From the NCBI RefSeq assembly GCF_001194135.2, contig NC_068989.1, forward strand, positions 85,400,606 through 85,460,351: a stretch of DNA of 59,746 nucleotides. Direction: 5' to 3'. The stretch is from Octopus bimaculoides. Its lineage: Eukaryota. Positions 13,130 through 26,492 of this stretch are shown in pieces. The notes under the pieces are model-generated. The model saw only the letters and a list, made by a program, of their open reading frames with translations, was not told where the DNA came from and ran no database searches. The translations under genes and the position numbers were made by a program. Each line of letters begins with the position of its first letter. Position 1 is the first letter of the stretch.

Positions 13130-13470
13130 ATACAGCGATATGCTTAAGGAGCATGCTTGACAACCACATGGTTCTGGGTTCAGTTCTTGGGCAAGTGTCT
13201 TCTGTTATAGCTCCAAGCCAACCAATGCTTTGTGAGCGAATTTGGTAAACAGAAACTATGTGGAAGCTTGTGTATATACACAAACATACATCTTAATGTG
13301 TATGTGTTTTTGTGTCTGCATGTGTCACCCTACCACTTGAGAAGTAGTGTTGGTTTGTTTACATCCCTGAAACCTAGCAGTTTGGCAAGAGAGGCTGACA
13401 GAATAAGTACCAGACTTATAAAAAAACAGGGTGGGGATTTTCAGCAGCACCATTCTCGGGACTGACTAAA
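13130..13470 (+). mobile_element. tRNA-derived SINE (family 3), degraded
   Basis: caaccacatggttctgggttcag...ttgggcaagtgtcttct... Homologous to 39950-40625, 15445-15720 and 19870-20010. Confidence 0.7.
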
Positions 13471-14132
13471 GTAATTGTAACATTTACTAAAAATATCTTT
13501 TAGACATCAACTTCTAAAAGGAAACAGCAAAAATGGTAAAATGGATAAATAAGAGTTTAGCAAATATTTTGTTATGGCCACTCTATCATCATCATCATTT
13601 AGCATCTGCTTTCCATGCCAGCATGGGTTATACAGTTTGACAAACTAGTAAGCTGTAAAGCTGTACCTGGCTCCAGTCTGATTTGGCATGGTTTCTACAG
13701 CTGGATGCCCTTCCTAATGCCAACCACTCCAAGAGTGTAATGGGTACTTTTTACACCATACCATTTTAAAAAAGGAAGTACACTGGATTTTTAGATACAC
13801 TTTGTCACATTCTTGGCTAATGAATCGTTCCTTTCTTTCTCCAAGTCTTTCCAATTACAACTGAAGGAGCACAAAGAGTAGAAAGAACAAAAATAATTAA
13901 AAAAAAAGGTTTGGAGAAGGGTTCCTCCCTGCTACAACATGAAGAAGATATAATAAGACTTGTCGGCTGTTCCAAATAAATGAATTTAGCATTCAAATTA
14001 AGGTGGTATAAATATGAGTCATTTAAGAAGACATAAAATCAGAAATCCTGGTGAGATTATGAAACATCAGATTATACAGAAAACAAGGAAATATTTTAGA
14101 AGAAATTGCCAGAAAAAAGAAGGCAATTCAAG

Positions 14133-14136
<4 letters not shown>

Positions 14137-14213
<77 letters not shown>

Positions 14214-14230
14214 TGCGTGCGCGCGCGTGC
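14137..14230. repeat. Compound microsatellite (GT)n(GCGT)n(GC)n
   Basis: Read directly. One of many (CA)n, (TA)n, (GA)n and (AAT)n tracts in the window. Confidence 0.95.
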
Positions 14231-15400
14231 ACATGGACACAGCATGGCTGAAAGATTAAAAAGTTTGTTTTGCAATCCATAAGATCTTGGGTTCTGACCC
14301 ACTGCATGGCATCTTGGGGAAAGTGTGTTTCCCCATCGTTATGTGTCGATGCAAGATTTGTGAGTGAAATTTGAGAAATTAAGACTAAGTGGAAACACAC
14401 TGGGTGGATTTGAAATAGTTGCATTTCAAAAGCATAGAATTGCCCGTGCACATGGCTGTGGAATATTCAGCTATTTACAAGCTAATTCAAAAAGGAAGTT
14501 CAGTTGATCAAACAACTGAAAACTCAATGAAACTAATAGAAATCATTCACTTTTTAAATTTTTTATGTATGTGTAAGCCTGTGTGTATATGTGTGTGTGT
14601 TTGTATGAATGTGAATGCGTGCATATGTGATAAAAGTGAAGGCAGACAACTTAATGGTTAATGTATTTGGTTGAAGATTGTAAGGTTGCGAGTTTGGTTC
14701 CCAGTGGAACATTGTGCCCTTGATCAAGACACTTTATTTTCCCATTGCTCCAGTGTTCACTCAACTGGCAAAAATGAGTCGCACTTATATTTCAAAATGG
14801 AAGCCTGGTCACATTTGGTGTGTCACACTGAATCTCCTTGAAAACTACATTCAGTGTACACGTGTCTGTGGAGCGCTCAGCCACGTGCATGTTAATTTTC
14901 ATGAGCAGGCTTGCCATTGATCAAATCATCTGGAACACTTGTCATAACCAACAGAGTGCCCAGCCCTCTGAGATAACAAAAGTGAGACAGAATGGTGGAA
15001 ACGACCAAATATGTTACAGAAGCCTCTACCTGATAACCCAGCTTGCTAGAAATAGCAACGAAATTCCCTCAGATCATCTCTTACTGTCTAAGAAAATAAG
15101 GATGGCTGCATTAGATAATGTTGTCTTGGGTGTATAAAAAAATAAGATGATCATGAGTAGGACATCTAGGACCATAGGGTTTGCTTGATTAGGGATGACC
15201 TGGGGTTAAACAACAACAAAGCCAGACAAGGAGGACAAGAGAAGAATTCAGATTTGTGAGTATTGGACCTTAAACGTGTGCAAAGCACAACAGAGATTTG
15301 TAAACCTCAATAGCCAATGCTTGTATTAAAGAAGAGATGGTGTTCAAAATCAGACAAATACAAATGAAATTTGGTAGAAAGAAACTTTACAGAAGATCAT

Positions 15401-15438
<38 letters not shown>

Positions 15439-17461
15439 AGCTTGGCTGTGTGGTTAGGAACCTTGCTTCCTAACCACATGATTTCAAGTTCAGTCCCTTC
15501 AACTTGACAACTTGGGCAAATATCTTCAACTATAGCCATGTGATTGGATTTGGAAGACAGAAACTGAAAGAAGCCAGTTGTGTGTGTACAAGTACATATA
15601 CACACACACACACGTACACACAATTGTGTGTGTGCTGTTGTTTCTTGTCTAGACGTCATGTGACGGTTGTAAACAAGTGTCTCCATCATATAAGCAGTGT
15701 CCTTAATTTCCAATCTTGCATGAAGATATGGCTAGCCAAGGGTTAATGTTACTTTACATGGAAACAGGTGAAGATTGGCAAAAAGATGGGCATCTAGCTG
15801 CAGAAAATCAGCTTCAACAAATTCTGTCCAACCGCTGCCAGCATGGAAAAAGTGGATGTTAAAATGATAATGATGATGATGATGATAAGTGTAAAAAAAA
15901 TAATAATAATAATAAAAAGAGTTGTGTCAGATGCATAACTTAGCAGCAATTCAATAAAACAGAAACCCAGTAAAATATACAGCATAGCGAAATACCGGAG
16001 TTGAAGGAAGTGCTCCAATATGGCCACTTTCCAACAACTTCAAACAGTAGAAGAGAATAATAATGATAAAGATTCATTTCGTAAGGATGTTGTCTGAGAG
16101 TATAAAGAACCAAGTGCTGTTAACAATGAAAAATAATAAAAGTGACAACTAGATTTAAAACACACCATTTTGCTACCCTTCATACTGCCATTTTATATAC
16201 TTCATATGCTCAACATGTCCCTCAGTAGGAACATGTGAGAGCACGCACACACACACACACTCTCTCTCTCTCTCATTCTGTCAGAACTATACGAAAATAG
16301 TATTTAAGCACATATCAAATATACCACTCAATATAAAAATGAGTATAAATAAAAGCCAGCTGACAAGATAGCAAGCGCAAACTAACATAAAAGAGAAAAG
16401 GACAGACAGAAACATAAATGCGTAGCAATCTATGAATGGGGATATACCCATCAAAGCAACCAAAGTAAAATGCTATAAACTCAGGATATTACATATTGGA
16501 TCATTCATTAATGAGAGACGAGGAGAATAAGCTGACTGCTAAATTATTAAATAATTTATACATAAAATGGAAAAGTTCCAAATAAGACAATTTCTAGAGG
16601 TGGATACAATACATTCCAGAATATAAAGAGAGCTAAAGGAAATAACAAAATAGACCAAAGGAATGAATTTGCATCAGTGAATTAAGGGGTTGTTGTACTG
16701 AATACCATGTGGAAAACAATTAATTGACATTTCCCTCTAAATTGGAGAAAGGAAAGAAGAAACTAACAGCAATGTCAACTGTTTGTGGTTGCCAAAGAAA
16801 AGGAGAGATAATTTCAGGAAATTAAGAATTAATCTCTTAAAGTTAATTGCTTAGATAAGAGTCTGATCTAGTTAGCAGGTAAGGGGGACAACTATAGATT
16901 TATTTCAATCCATTAAACCTCACCAGATGCTATTCATAGTTGTCCGCTTTGTCTGCACACATTAAAATCAGGACTGTCCACCTAAGCCCTTATATTATCT
17001 TTCAGAGATTACTCATTAATTTCTTCAAATTATCTTCTTTAAGAATTCCTAACTATCGTCACTGTGTGTTTGTTTTCTCTCTCTACAAGAGAAATTTCAG
17101 TCAATATGTATATTTTCTTCCATGTGTTATTCAGTACATCAAACCTTAACCCATATCCCAGAATATAATGGGGTTCCAATCAAAGACCTTAAAATGTATA
17201 CTAAACCTTAGTAAGGGCAAAGGTTGGTGGTGGGGTCATCTTAAACGATGTGCATGAAATAACCAATATCAATCTAAGATAGATCAGGAACGACCTACAC
17301 AGGTCACAAGCACTACTACACCTTGTTCTGTTTTAGAAATATATCTATATATACTGAGTCTTGGTGGTTGATTTTTTATTCGTCCTTTTTCTATAGAAAA
17401 CTGGCAATTGTTATGTATTATATACTACTTATACTAAGACATTAGTGACTATATATGCATA

Positions 17462-17493
<32 letters not shown>

Positions 17494-17555
17494 TTTAGCA
17501 GAAGTCACAGTGACTCAGTTTGAGAGATTCGTGACCTCTCTCTCTCTCTCTCTCT

Positions 17556-17591
<36 letters not shown>

Positions 17592-17639
17592 GATAGATAC
17601 ACATACACACAAATATAATTAAAAGTATACAGCTGGTTG

Positions 17640-18055
17640 TTAGTGGTATAAAATTATTTATAGCTATACAGGAAAGAGTAAATGTAAGTAAACAGAAAAC
17701 AGTAAAAAAATACAGAGAATGTAAGTTTATAATAGTTCTAGATAGATAGATAGATATCCGAAAGTTCATACTTTAACATCACAGATAAAAAAAAGAGAAA
17801 AATTCAGGCCAACATTTGCAGCTGTTTCTGGGGTTCACTACTGCATTTACTATTCACCGATCCCCAGAAACAGCTGTAAAGAATTGCCCAAATTTCCTAC
17901 TCTCTCTTGTCGTGATGTTAAAGTGTTAACTCTCTGAATATCTAATCTATTTGTGAAGAACTACAATGGATTTTCATTTTCCTATCTTTTTCATGTTTTT
18001 CTGCGTACTTATATTTATACTCACTTCTGTAAAATTATAAATGCTTTGCTACCAT
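17640..18055. repeat. Old palindromic fold-back, ~200-bp arms
   Basis: Core tttgcagctgtttctgggg / ccccagaaacagctgtaaa. Pairing extends outward through ctttaacatcac/gtgatgttaaag and beyond. Confidence 0.75.
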
Positions 18056-18234
18056 TACCTATCCTTATTCTATTATAAATTCAATAGCTTAATTGCTACA
18101 TTTCCTATAGTCAACTGTTGTTTGCCTGAATTTTGTCTCCCGTGACTTGATGTTGGATTTTATCTATCTCATCTGGTCTGAGCACCAATCTGTTGGTATT
18201 TACTATAAGCCTTTAGACATATTCTTACAATATA

Positions 18235-19861
18235 CAGTACCATGGTCTTTGGTCACTTTAAACTACTGTAAATTTTTATCAATTGCCAACTTATAAGTGG
18301 ATGTTTTGCTTGCATTTTTCACAGATGGAACATTGGCCCTGTTGGAGCCATTTTCATACCTAATCATTATATTTTGTAATAGGGGTTCTGAATGAGAGAA
18401 GATGCGAGATGCGAGATGACCACCAAAAATTTTCAGCCACCTCACATAAACCAGTCAAGATACAGTATTTTAAAACAGAAAAAATGTCTCTAATGAAAAT
18501 TCATTACATAATGTTCATTTCAAGAAGTTACTGTACATTGTTAATATTTCGTGTGGTTTCTCTTAGCTTCAATAATTGCTTTGATGCACCTGGGAAGAGA
18601 TGCATACAAATCCTTCACCATCTTCACAGGTATGAGATGCCATTCTCTGTGGCTGAGCTTCCACAACTCTTCAAGATCGCGTGCATTCTTCTGACGAATT
18701 CTTCTCTTTAGTTCTGTCCACATTTGCTCAATGATATTTAAGTCAGGGCTCTGAGCTGGCCAATCTTTCAATATGGTAACACCTTTATCAGCCATACTCT
18801 GTTGTGATGCATGCAATGTGTGGGATGGAGCTCCGTTATGCTGAAAAATCTCACCTTCATCCAAGTCTGGTATAAAAATTGTCCTTCAGCAACTAGATGT
18901 ATTTGGCACTATTCAAGTTAGCCATCAATTTTAACCAACTTTCTTGAACCATCACTTTTTATGTATCAAACTCAAACCTCCAAACTTCACTGTTTTCATC
19001 CTGTAACGTGGGTCATTTTGCTTTCTAATAGGCGAGAATTTGTCAGAAGGCCTCCAGGAAAGCAAAACAACCTGCATTACAAAACAAAAACTGAAGTTTG
19101 GGGGTTTGAGTCTGATGCTTTGGGGATACATAAAAAGTGATGGTTCAAGAAAGTTGATTAAAATTGATGGCTAACTTGAATAGTGCCAAACATATCTAGT
19201 TGCTGAAGGACAATTTTTATACCAGACTTGGATGAAGGTGAGATTTTTCAGCATAAAGGAGCTCCATCCCGCGCATCGTGTGTATCACAACAGAGTATGG
19301 CTGATAAAGGTGTTACCATATTGAAAGATTGGCCAGCTCAGAGCCTTGACTTAAATATCATAGAGCAAATGTGGACAGAACTAAAGAGAAAAGTTCGTCA
19401 GAAGAATCTTAGAGTTGTGGGAGCTCAGCCACAAAGAATGGTATCTCACACCTGTGAAGATGGTGAAGGATTTGTACACATCTCTTCCCAAGCGCATCGA
19501 AGCAATTATTCAAGCTAAGGGAAACCACATGAAATATTAACAATGTACAGTAACTTCATGAAATGAACAATATGTAACAAATTTTCATTATAGACATTAT
19601 TTTCTGTTTTAAAACACTATATCTTGACTGGTTTATGTGAGGTGGCCGAAAACTTTTGCATAGCAATTTTTGAGAGTCATCTCGCATCTTTCCCTCTCAT
19701 TCAAAACCCCTACTATAAAATATGACTAGGTATGGAAATGACTCCAACAGAGCTAATGTTCCATCTGTAAAAAAATGCCATGCGAAACATCCATTTCTAA
19801 GTTGACAATTAGTAGAAATTCATAATACTTTAAACTGGCCGAAGACTTTTGCATGGTACTG
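18235..19861. mobile_element. Tc1-derived fold-back element: two head-to-head copies of the transposase 3' half plus the 3' TIR
   Basis: TA|CAGTAC...GTACTG|TA. ORFs 18541-18864(-) and 19228-19518(+) both encode DEGEIFQH.GAPS...DWPAQS.DLNIIEQMW. The arms meet at ~19033-19050. Confidence 0.92.
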
Positions 19862-20632
19862 TACATATAGGTGTGGCTGTGTGGTTTAGAAGTTTGCTTT
19901 CCAACCACATAGTCTTTCAGGTTCACTCCCACTGTGTGGTACTTTGGGCAAGTGTCTTCTACTATAACCCCTGTGAGTGGATTTAGTAGATGGAAACTGA
20001 AGTGAGCTCATTGTGTGTGTGTGTGTGTTTTCCATGCTGGCATGGGTTGGGTTGGGTAGTTTGATAGGATCTGAGGCGCAGCAGGGTTGCACTGAGTTCC
20101 AGTGTTAGCTTTGGCATGGTTTCTATGGCTGGATGCCTTTCCCCATGCCAACCACTTTACAATGCATACTGAGTACTATCTTCATGTCACTGGCACTTGT
20201 GAGGTTGCCGAGTAACTTGCAAGACAAGAACTGCAAAAGGAAAAAGTTCCCACAGCTAAGAGGACAGAATAGATGAGTGATGGAGGTGGCTTTATGTCGG
20301 GGGTCGGAGGATTAAAGTATAATAGAGAGACAAGTGCAGGTGTCTTGCGAAAGAGAAGATACATGGCTGCCCCACATATATACTTCCTTTTTCATTTGCT
20401 AATTCTGGAAGGGGCAGTGCCCACGACTTTTACAAACCTTCAAAGGTCAATGAATCTGATGCAGGTCAACATCAGACATGAGCAAGAAGATCCCAGAGGG
20501 CTGATATATGTGTGACCAGGTGGACTTGTACATCTTCATGTCTTCGTTCTCATCATGTTTTTATGTCCTGTTTCCATGCTGGCATGGGTGAAATGAGTTG
20601 TCACAATCTCAAATTTTATTTGGTGTTATTTC

Positions 20633-20677
<45 letters not shown>

Positions 20678-21574
20678 ACTCAGTTTAGAAGGGAGATTCC
20701 TTGTTTTCAGGTTAAATGTTTCAAAGTTCTAAAATTCAGGCTACGCATANNNNNNNNNNNNNNNNNNNNNNNNNNNNNNNNNNNNNNNNNNNNNNNNNNN
20801 NNNNNNNNNNNNNNNNNNNNNNNNNNNNNNNNNNNNNNNNNNNNNNNNNNNNNNNNNNNNNNNNNNNNNNNNNNNNNNNNNNNNNNNNNNNNNNNNNNNN
20901 NNNNNNNNNNNNNNNNNNNNNNNNNNNNNNNNNNNNNNNNNNNNNNNNNNNNNNNNNNNNNNNNNNNNNNNNNNNNNNNNNNNNNNNNNNNNNNNNNNNN
21001 NNNNNNNNNNNNNNNNNNNNNNNNNNNNNNNNNNNNNNNNNNNNNNNNNNNNNNNNNNNNNNNNNNNNNNNNNNNNNNNNNNNNNNNNNNNNNNNNNNNN
21101 NNNNNNNNNNNNNNNNNNNNNNNNNNNNNNNNNNNNNNNNNNNNNNNNNNNNNNNNNNNNNNNNNNNNNNNNNNNNNNNNNNNNNNNNNNNNNNNNNNNN
21201 NNNNNNNNNNNNNNNNNNNNNNNNNNNNNNNNNNNNNNNNNNNNNNNNNNNNNNNNNNNNNNNNNNNNNNNNNNNNNNNNNNNNNNNNNNNNNNNNNNNN
21301 NNNNNNNNNNNNNNNNNNNNNNNNNNNNNNNNNNTAGTGTTAACATGTTTAATGCAGTGAGCATCACCAAACTAATTTAAAATAATTATATTAAGACTTT
21401 TAAAAAATAATTTTTTTAAAAATCATTTATTAACTAAACCTACAGCTATTAACTAATCTGGAATATAGTTTATATTAAAATATAACAGTTTAAAATAAAT
21501 GAATTTATCCAATCCCTCACAAAGTTCAGTGCTATAATTTTATATTTTTCAAGCTATATCACTTTAATGCAATT

Positions 21575-21617
<43 letters not shown>

Positions 21618-22589
21618 AGGCATGTGTATGTAATTATTCTGTACCTATGAGTTGTGATGTGGACTTTTCTGATTTGATGTGAAATTCTGTGATAAAATAT
21701 AGGTGATACAGTTTAAGTCATGTTGGCGCTCTTACTAAAAATAGAAAAATTTGTATATATTTAGTGAGTGTATGTGTATGTATGTATGTATGCATATATA
21801 CATATATATATATATATGCATACACACACACAATTATATATATATGTATATATGTATGTATATATGTATGTATATATGTATGTATGTATATATGTATGTA
21901 TATATGTATGTATGTATGTATGTATATACATATACATAAATACGTATATCTTTAACCTGGTCCTCCATCAGGATCAGCATTATGCACAATGTAACAAGGG
22001 GCCAGCTCACAAATAGAGCTTCCACAAGTTTCTCTACTCAATTTCACTCACAATGCTTGGGTTGACTCAGAAGCGTTGTAGAAGCACATCAGCCCCCATA
22101 TGTCATGCAGTGGGATAAAAACCCAAAACTTCATCATTGTGAGATGAATTTCTTAAACACCAGGCCAGCCTGCACTATGTGTGTGTGTGTGTGTGTGTGT
22201 GTATAAAATTTATGAATTTGATTTTGTTAAGTCAAATGATTAACAGTAGAATAACAATCAAAGCTGGTTATTAATTGCGATGGAGTTGGGTAGGGGAGAT
22301 GGAGAAGCAGAGATTGGTTAACGTTTAAAATTAGATGGGGATGTTTTATGGGGGGTAGGTAGACCTGAGTATATCAGAGCAAAGGTGGGATGTACAGAGA
22401 GAAAGGCTGATACGGTTATGGTTACCATCTGTATAGGACGGCGGATGTTTTCATAAAAGGGAAGGAGAATAAATAGAGATCACAGCAGATTTTTCTTTTC
22501 AAAATCAGGGTTGGTGTTAGCGCAAGCAACAAATCAATAAAAAAAATAGAATTATAATATAAAATAAACAAACAAAAAAGCAATAACAA

Positions 22590-22740
22590 AAAACAAGGAA
22601 TTTAGCGAATAAATATGGTTTTTGTGCAGTATAGCGCTATGTAGTCGCAGGGGTAGGAGGCGCGGGCAAGATGTAAGTTTCAACAGATCGTTCAGTCGGT
22701 GGATCAAGTATTAAGAAGGAGAACAGAGTTGTTTCACAGC
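22590..22740. promoter_or_regulatory. CpG-enriched, promoter-like patch
   Basis: Seven or more CpGs in ~120 bp against a CpG-poor background; plus-strand GTAAGT at 22673. No transcript evidence. Confidence 0.3.
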
Positions 22741-24250
22741 AACAGTTATGAGAGAGAGAGAGAGAAGGAGAGGTTAAAAAAACCCAGAAATTTAGATAAA
22801 AAAGTGTAACCACCCCACTTCAAACCATCACCAAGAACATCCTGTTCTGTTCATTTCATGAATGACAAGCAACAACACTTAAATAAAAAATTTAAACAAT
22901 GCAATCACAATCACCATTAACATCATCATCACCACCATTATCATCATCCTCATCACCACCATCCTCTTAATCAACTGCAAAAGAAAAGGGTAAGTACCTG
23001 ATCTGATCCGAGCCTTTAAGGCCAATAAATTATTATTACTACTACTACTACTACTAGTACTACATCAGTGATACCCCTTGGGGATACATGAACATTATAA
23101 CAGCTTCTTAGTTCATGTCCATGCGGAAATCAACTTATCATTAATGACAACAACACTGACGCATTTTAACATAAAACCAAATTCACCTTCAGATACAGTA
23201 CACACATGCGTAAGCGGGTATCTGTAGTTGAAGATGTGCATCAAAGGAGACATACTTGTGCATGTAATGAACTAGTGCTTAACATTATTATTATTATTAT
23301 TATTATTATGATTATTATTATTATTAGAGGGCCTGTTAACAATGCTCACTTTTGGTGTAGCTTTTGTTGGCCATGTAATTATCAGCTAAAAGACCTTTTG
23401 GGAGGAGGGGAAAATAGCATCATTTCTGAGAGATGCCTAACCAATCTCCCAATACAAAAAGCAATTATGTGTTATTTTTCGATTGTCGTCTTCAAACGTC
23501 TTAATTGAAATGTAGTGGGGATGTAAACATCAAAGGCACAGATTAGATGTAAATATTAAAAAATATAGTCTTGATGTGAATATTAATTAAACATGGAATG
23601 TAAATATAAATATTTAAACAAAAAGTTTCATCTCGAAAGATGAGGTTTATAATCCCCAAAAAATTAGAATTATATTAACAACTACTAATGTCAGACAAGA
23701 AGCATTTAGAAAAGAAAGACATTGAAAACTTAACAAAACAAATAAGTAGAGATTAAAATTCAAAGACTCAACCCTAATTTCTACAGAAATTGTTGCAGAC
23801 TTCAAAAATAGAGCAAAACAGTTTAATATGAAATAATGACCAATTTTACAAAGCACGCGCATATGTTTGTGTGTGTGTGTGTGTGTGTGAGTGTGATGCG
23901 CACATCTCAAAGGTGAAGTAGAATGTGTCAGCAATGAAAATCTCCATCGCAAACAGTTGATTGTCGTTTCATGTGTACGAATGAGTCGTCGTTTGTTGTT
24001 TTTATTGAGGAAATGATTTTGATGTGGGACAGAAAATATGCATTTGAACTGTAAAGGATATTGAAATGTATATTGTTTTGTAGAGAATTTCGCCACACTC
24101 ACTACTGGATACAGAGCAACTGTTTCCAGTCTCAACGCAAAAATAGATAGTTGAATGCAATCACTTCCATCACCACATACCTCATACCCGCCATCTGTCT
24201 GACAATAACCCCAAACCTAACAAAGAAAGAATGATTGTCTATCAAGACCA

Positions 24251-24298
24251 ACATATGATCCCCACTAGTCAAACACATATGATCCCCACTAGTCAAAC
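24251..24298. repeat. Perfect 24-bp tandem duplication
   Basis: acatatgatccccactagtcaaac, two copies. Confidence 0.9.
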
Positions 24299-24589
24299 TA
24301 GTAAAGCATACCTTTAGGTATGCTTTATTTCCATCTATCACACCCAGCTGGGAACGCTCTCACCAATATCTAAATGCTCGACATAATCCTTAAAGAAATC
24401 TTGCAAACTATAATGGATACAATCATAGTAATCGACTTAAGTATATTACTGGTACCGTCTTTTTCAATATGGCAATGGGAATAGAAAATGGCAACATAGC
24501 TCAAGGTATTTTATCAACTGACGGTTAGTGGTCAGGGCATATGATCGATTGAGTTGATATCAATACATGACCACAGGCGGATCAAAGAA

Positions 24590-25820
24590 CATCAGTTCTG
24601 ACAGGATTTGAACTCAGAATCTCAAAGAGCCAAACTAAATAATTGCAAGGCATTTAGTTGACTACACCAATGTTCAACTGGTACTTTATCAACCCAAAAA
24701 GGCAAAGCAAGTTGAATAATAATAATAATAATAAAAATCCTTTCTACTATAGGCACAAGGCCTGAAATTTGGAGGAGGGCTATAGTCAATTACATCAACC
24801 CCAATGTTTCACTGGTACTTAATTTAGCAACCCCGAAAGGATGAAAGGCAACGTTAACCTCGACAGAACTTGAACTCAGAATGTAGCAGCAGACAAAATA
24901 CTGCTAATGATTCTGCCAGCTTGCCACAAAACAGTGGTTTCTAATGTAGGCATAGAGCCAGAAATTTGGAGATGAGCTTTCTGCCAATCCACTACCCCTT
25001 GTAGTAATAATTGTTTCTGGTTCAAGCACAAGAGCATCAATTTTTGAGGGAAGGACGGTTAGTCAGTAGCACTGACCCCTGAATTTGACTGGCATGTTAT
25101 TCTATGACTCTGGCGGGGATGAAAATCAAACTTGACCTTGTTGGGAGCAACAACAACAATAATAATAATAAAAATAATAATAATAATGATGTTTTCTTTC
25201 ATTTCTAACGTAAGCAAAAATCACAAGTTTTTCAAGCGAAAGGGTATTGATGTTTAAATCAACCCTAATTGTTTAACAAGGGTGTAATTTAGTAGATTCT
25301 AGATGGATGAATGACAACGTTGACCTTGGTGTAACAGTAGTAGTAATAGTAGTAGTAGTAGTAGTAGTAGTAATAATAATAATAACGCTTTCTACTAAAG
25401 GCACAAGGCCTGAAATTAGGAGGTGGGGAATAGTCGATTACATCGACCCCAGTGTTTTACTGGTACTCAATTTATCGACCCCAAAAGGATGAAAGGCAAA
25501 GTTGACCTCAGCAGAATTTGATCTCAGAACATAGCGACAGGCGAAATACCACTAAGCATTTAGCCCGGTATGCTAACAATTCAGCCAGCTCACTGACTTA
25601 ATAATAATAACAATGGTTTCTAACATAGGCACAAGGCCTGATACTTGGAGGAAGAAGTTTAACGAAGTACATTGGCTCCGGAATTTGACTGGTACCATAT
25701 TTTGCTGATGCCTCATAAAAGATGATGCTGACAAAAACTGACATCCACAGAATTTGAACTCAGAACTTAGAGTGCTGGAACAAATGCTGTAAGGTATTGT
25801 CATCTGATGCACTAACATTT
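24590..25820 (-). mobile_element. Tandem cluster of family-1 SINE copies separated by (AAT)n/(AGT)n
   Basis: Repeated ctactataggcacaaggcctgaaattt...actggtact..tttatcgacccc.aaaggatgaaaggcaa...gaatttgaactcagaa units. Confidence 0.8.
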
Positions 25821-26004
25821 CTGTTGACTCACAGTTCAAATAATAAGATGGAAAAAAAACAAAAAAAAACAATACATACATACAAAAACAAAGCCAGCTA
25901 AAATTTTCCAGATTGACCCCAGATGCATAGAGACGCACAGATGCAGGATAGGGACAGTTTACAAGTGAGACTGCCGGAATATTTTCCCCACCACCACCAT
26001 CACC

Positions 26005-26492
26005 ATGTCGTGTCAGTCAGTCATGGTATATGATAAGTAAGGCACATTGGGTTGTGTAAGGGTGGTTCGAGTATGAGATGGGAAAGTGAAGGGGGGGAGT
26101 GGAAATATTAATAGAAAGAGAGGAAGGAAGAGGAGGTAGAAGAAGAAAGGAAAGGAGATAGAAGAAGAAAAGATAGGAGGTGGAAAAAATACGAAAAACA
26201 ATACATGAAAGAACAAGGTGAAAAGGGGGGGGCGAAAAAAAAAACGAAAGATGATAACGAAAGACAATGACGAAAAAAACACAAAAGACAAAACTTTTCA
26301 AGAACAACACAAAAAATAAAAAAGAAGAGGAAATTGAGAGATGTTAGAGCAGGATAAATAAGTAAGAGAGAAAGAGATTTAGTTGTTTACCTCTTTCATA
26401 GGTGTGAGACCCTAGAATATCGATGGTATTACATGGTGGTATCAAAGAGAGCATGTGCTTGTGTGTACACGACATGCTTCAATCTAAAGTAA
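26005..26492 (+). CDS. Candidate two-exon sORF, join(26005-26036, 26402-26492), 40 aa, Cys-rich with a Kunitz-like pattern
   Basis: accATG context, phase-2 intron GTAAGG...ctctttcatag, stop at 26490-26492, AATAAA at 26537-26542. No expression evidence. Confidence 0.25.

Noticed and set aside
13780-13862. Minus-strand acceptor ctccttcag followed by CNWKDLEKERNDSLAKNV or VIGKTWRKKGTIH* as a downstream LRRFIP exon
   Set aside because: No good donor, no similarity to the LRRFIP C-terminal coiled coil and adjacent to repeat fragments.
14137-14230. Z-DNA-prone (GT)n(GCGT)n tract as a regulatory element
   Set aside because: Such tracts are ubiquitous in this sequence, and nothing marks this one as special.
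18541-19518. Tc1 ORFs as functional or domesticated transposase genes
   Set aside because: Only C-terminal fragments; the catalytic D is mutated (QHN/QHK), upstream frames are broken and the right arm is frameshifted.
24084-24154. Plus-strand exon candidate NFATLTTGYRATVSSLNAKIDS*
   Set aside because: It has an acceptor-like site, but no linked upstream exon or recognisable homology.
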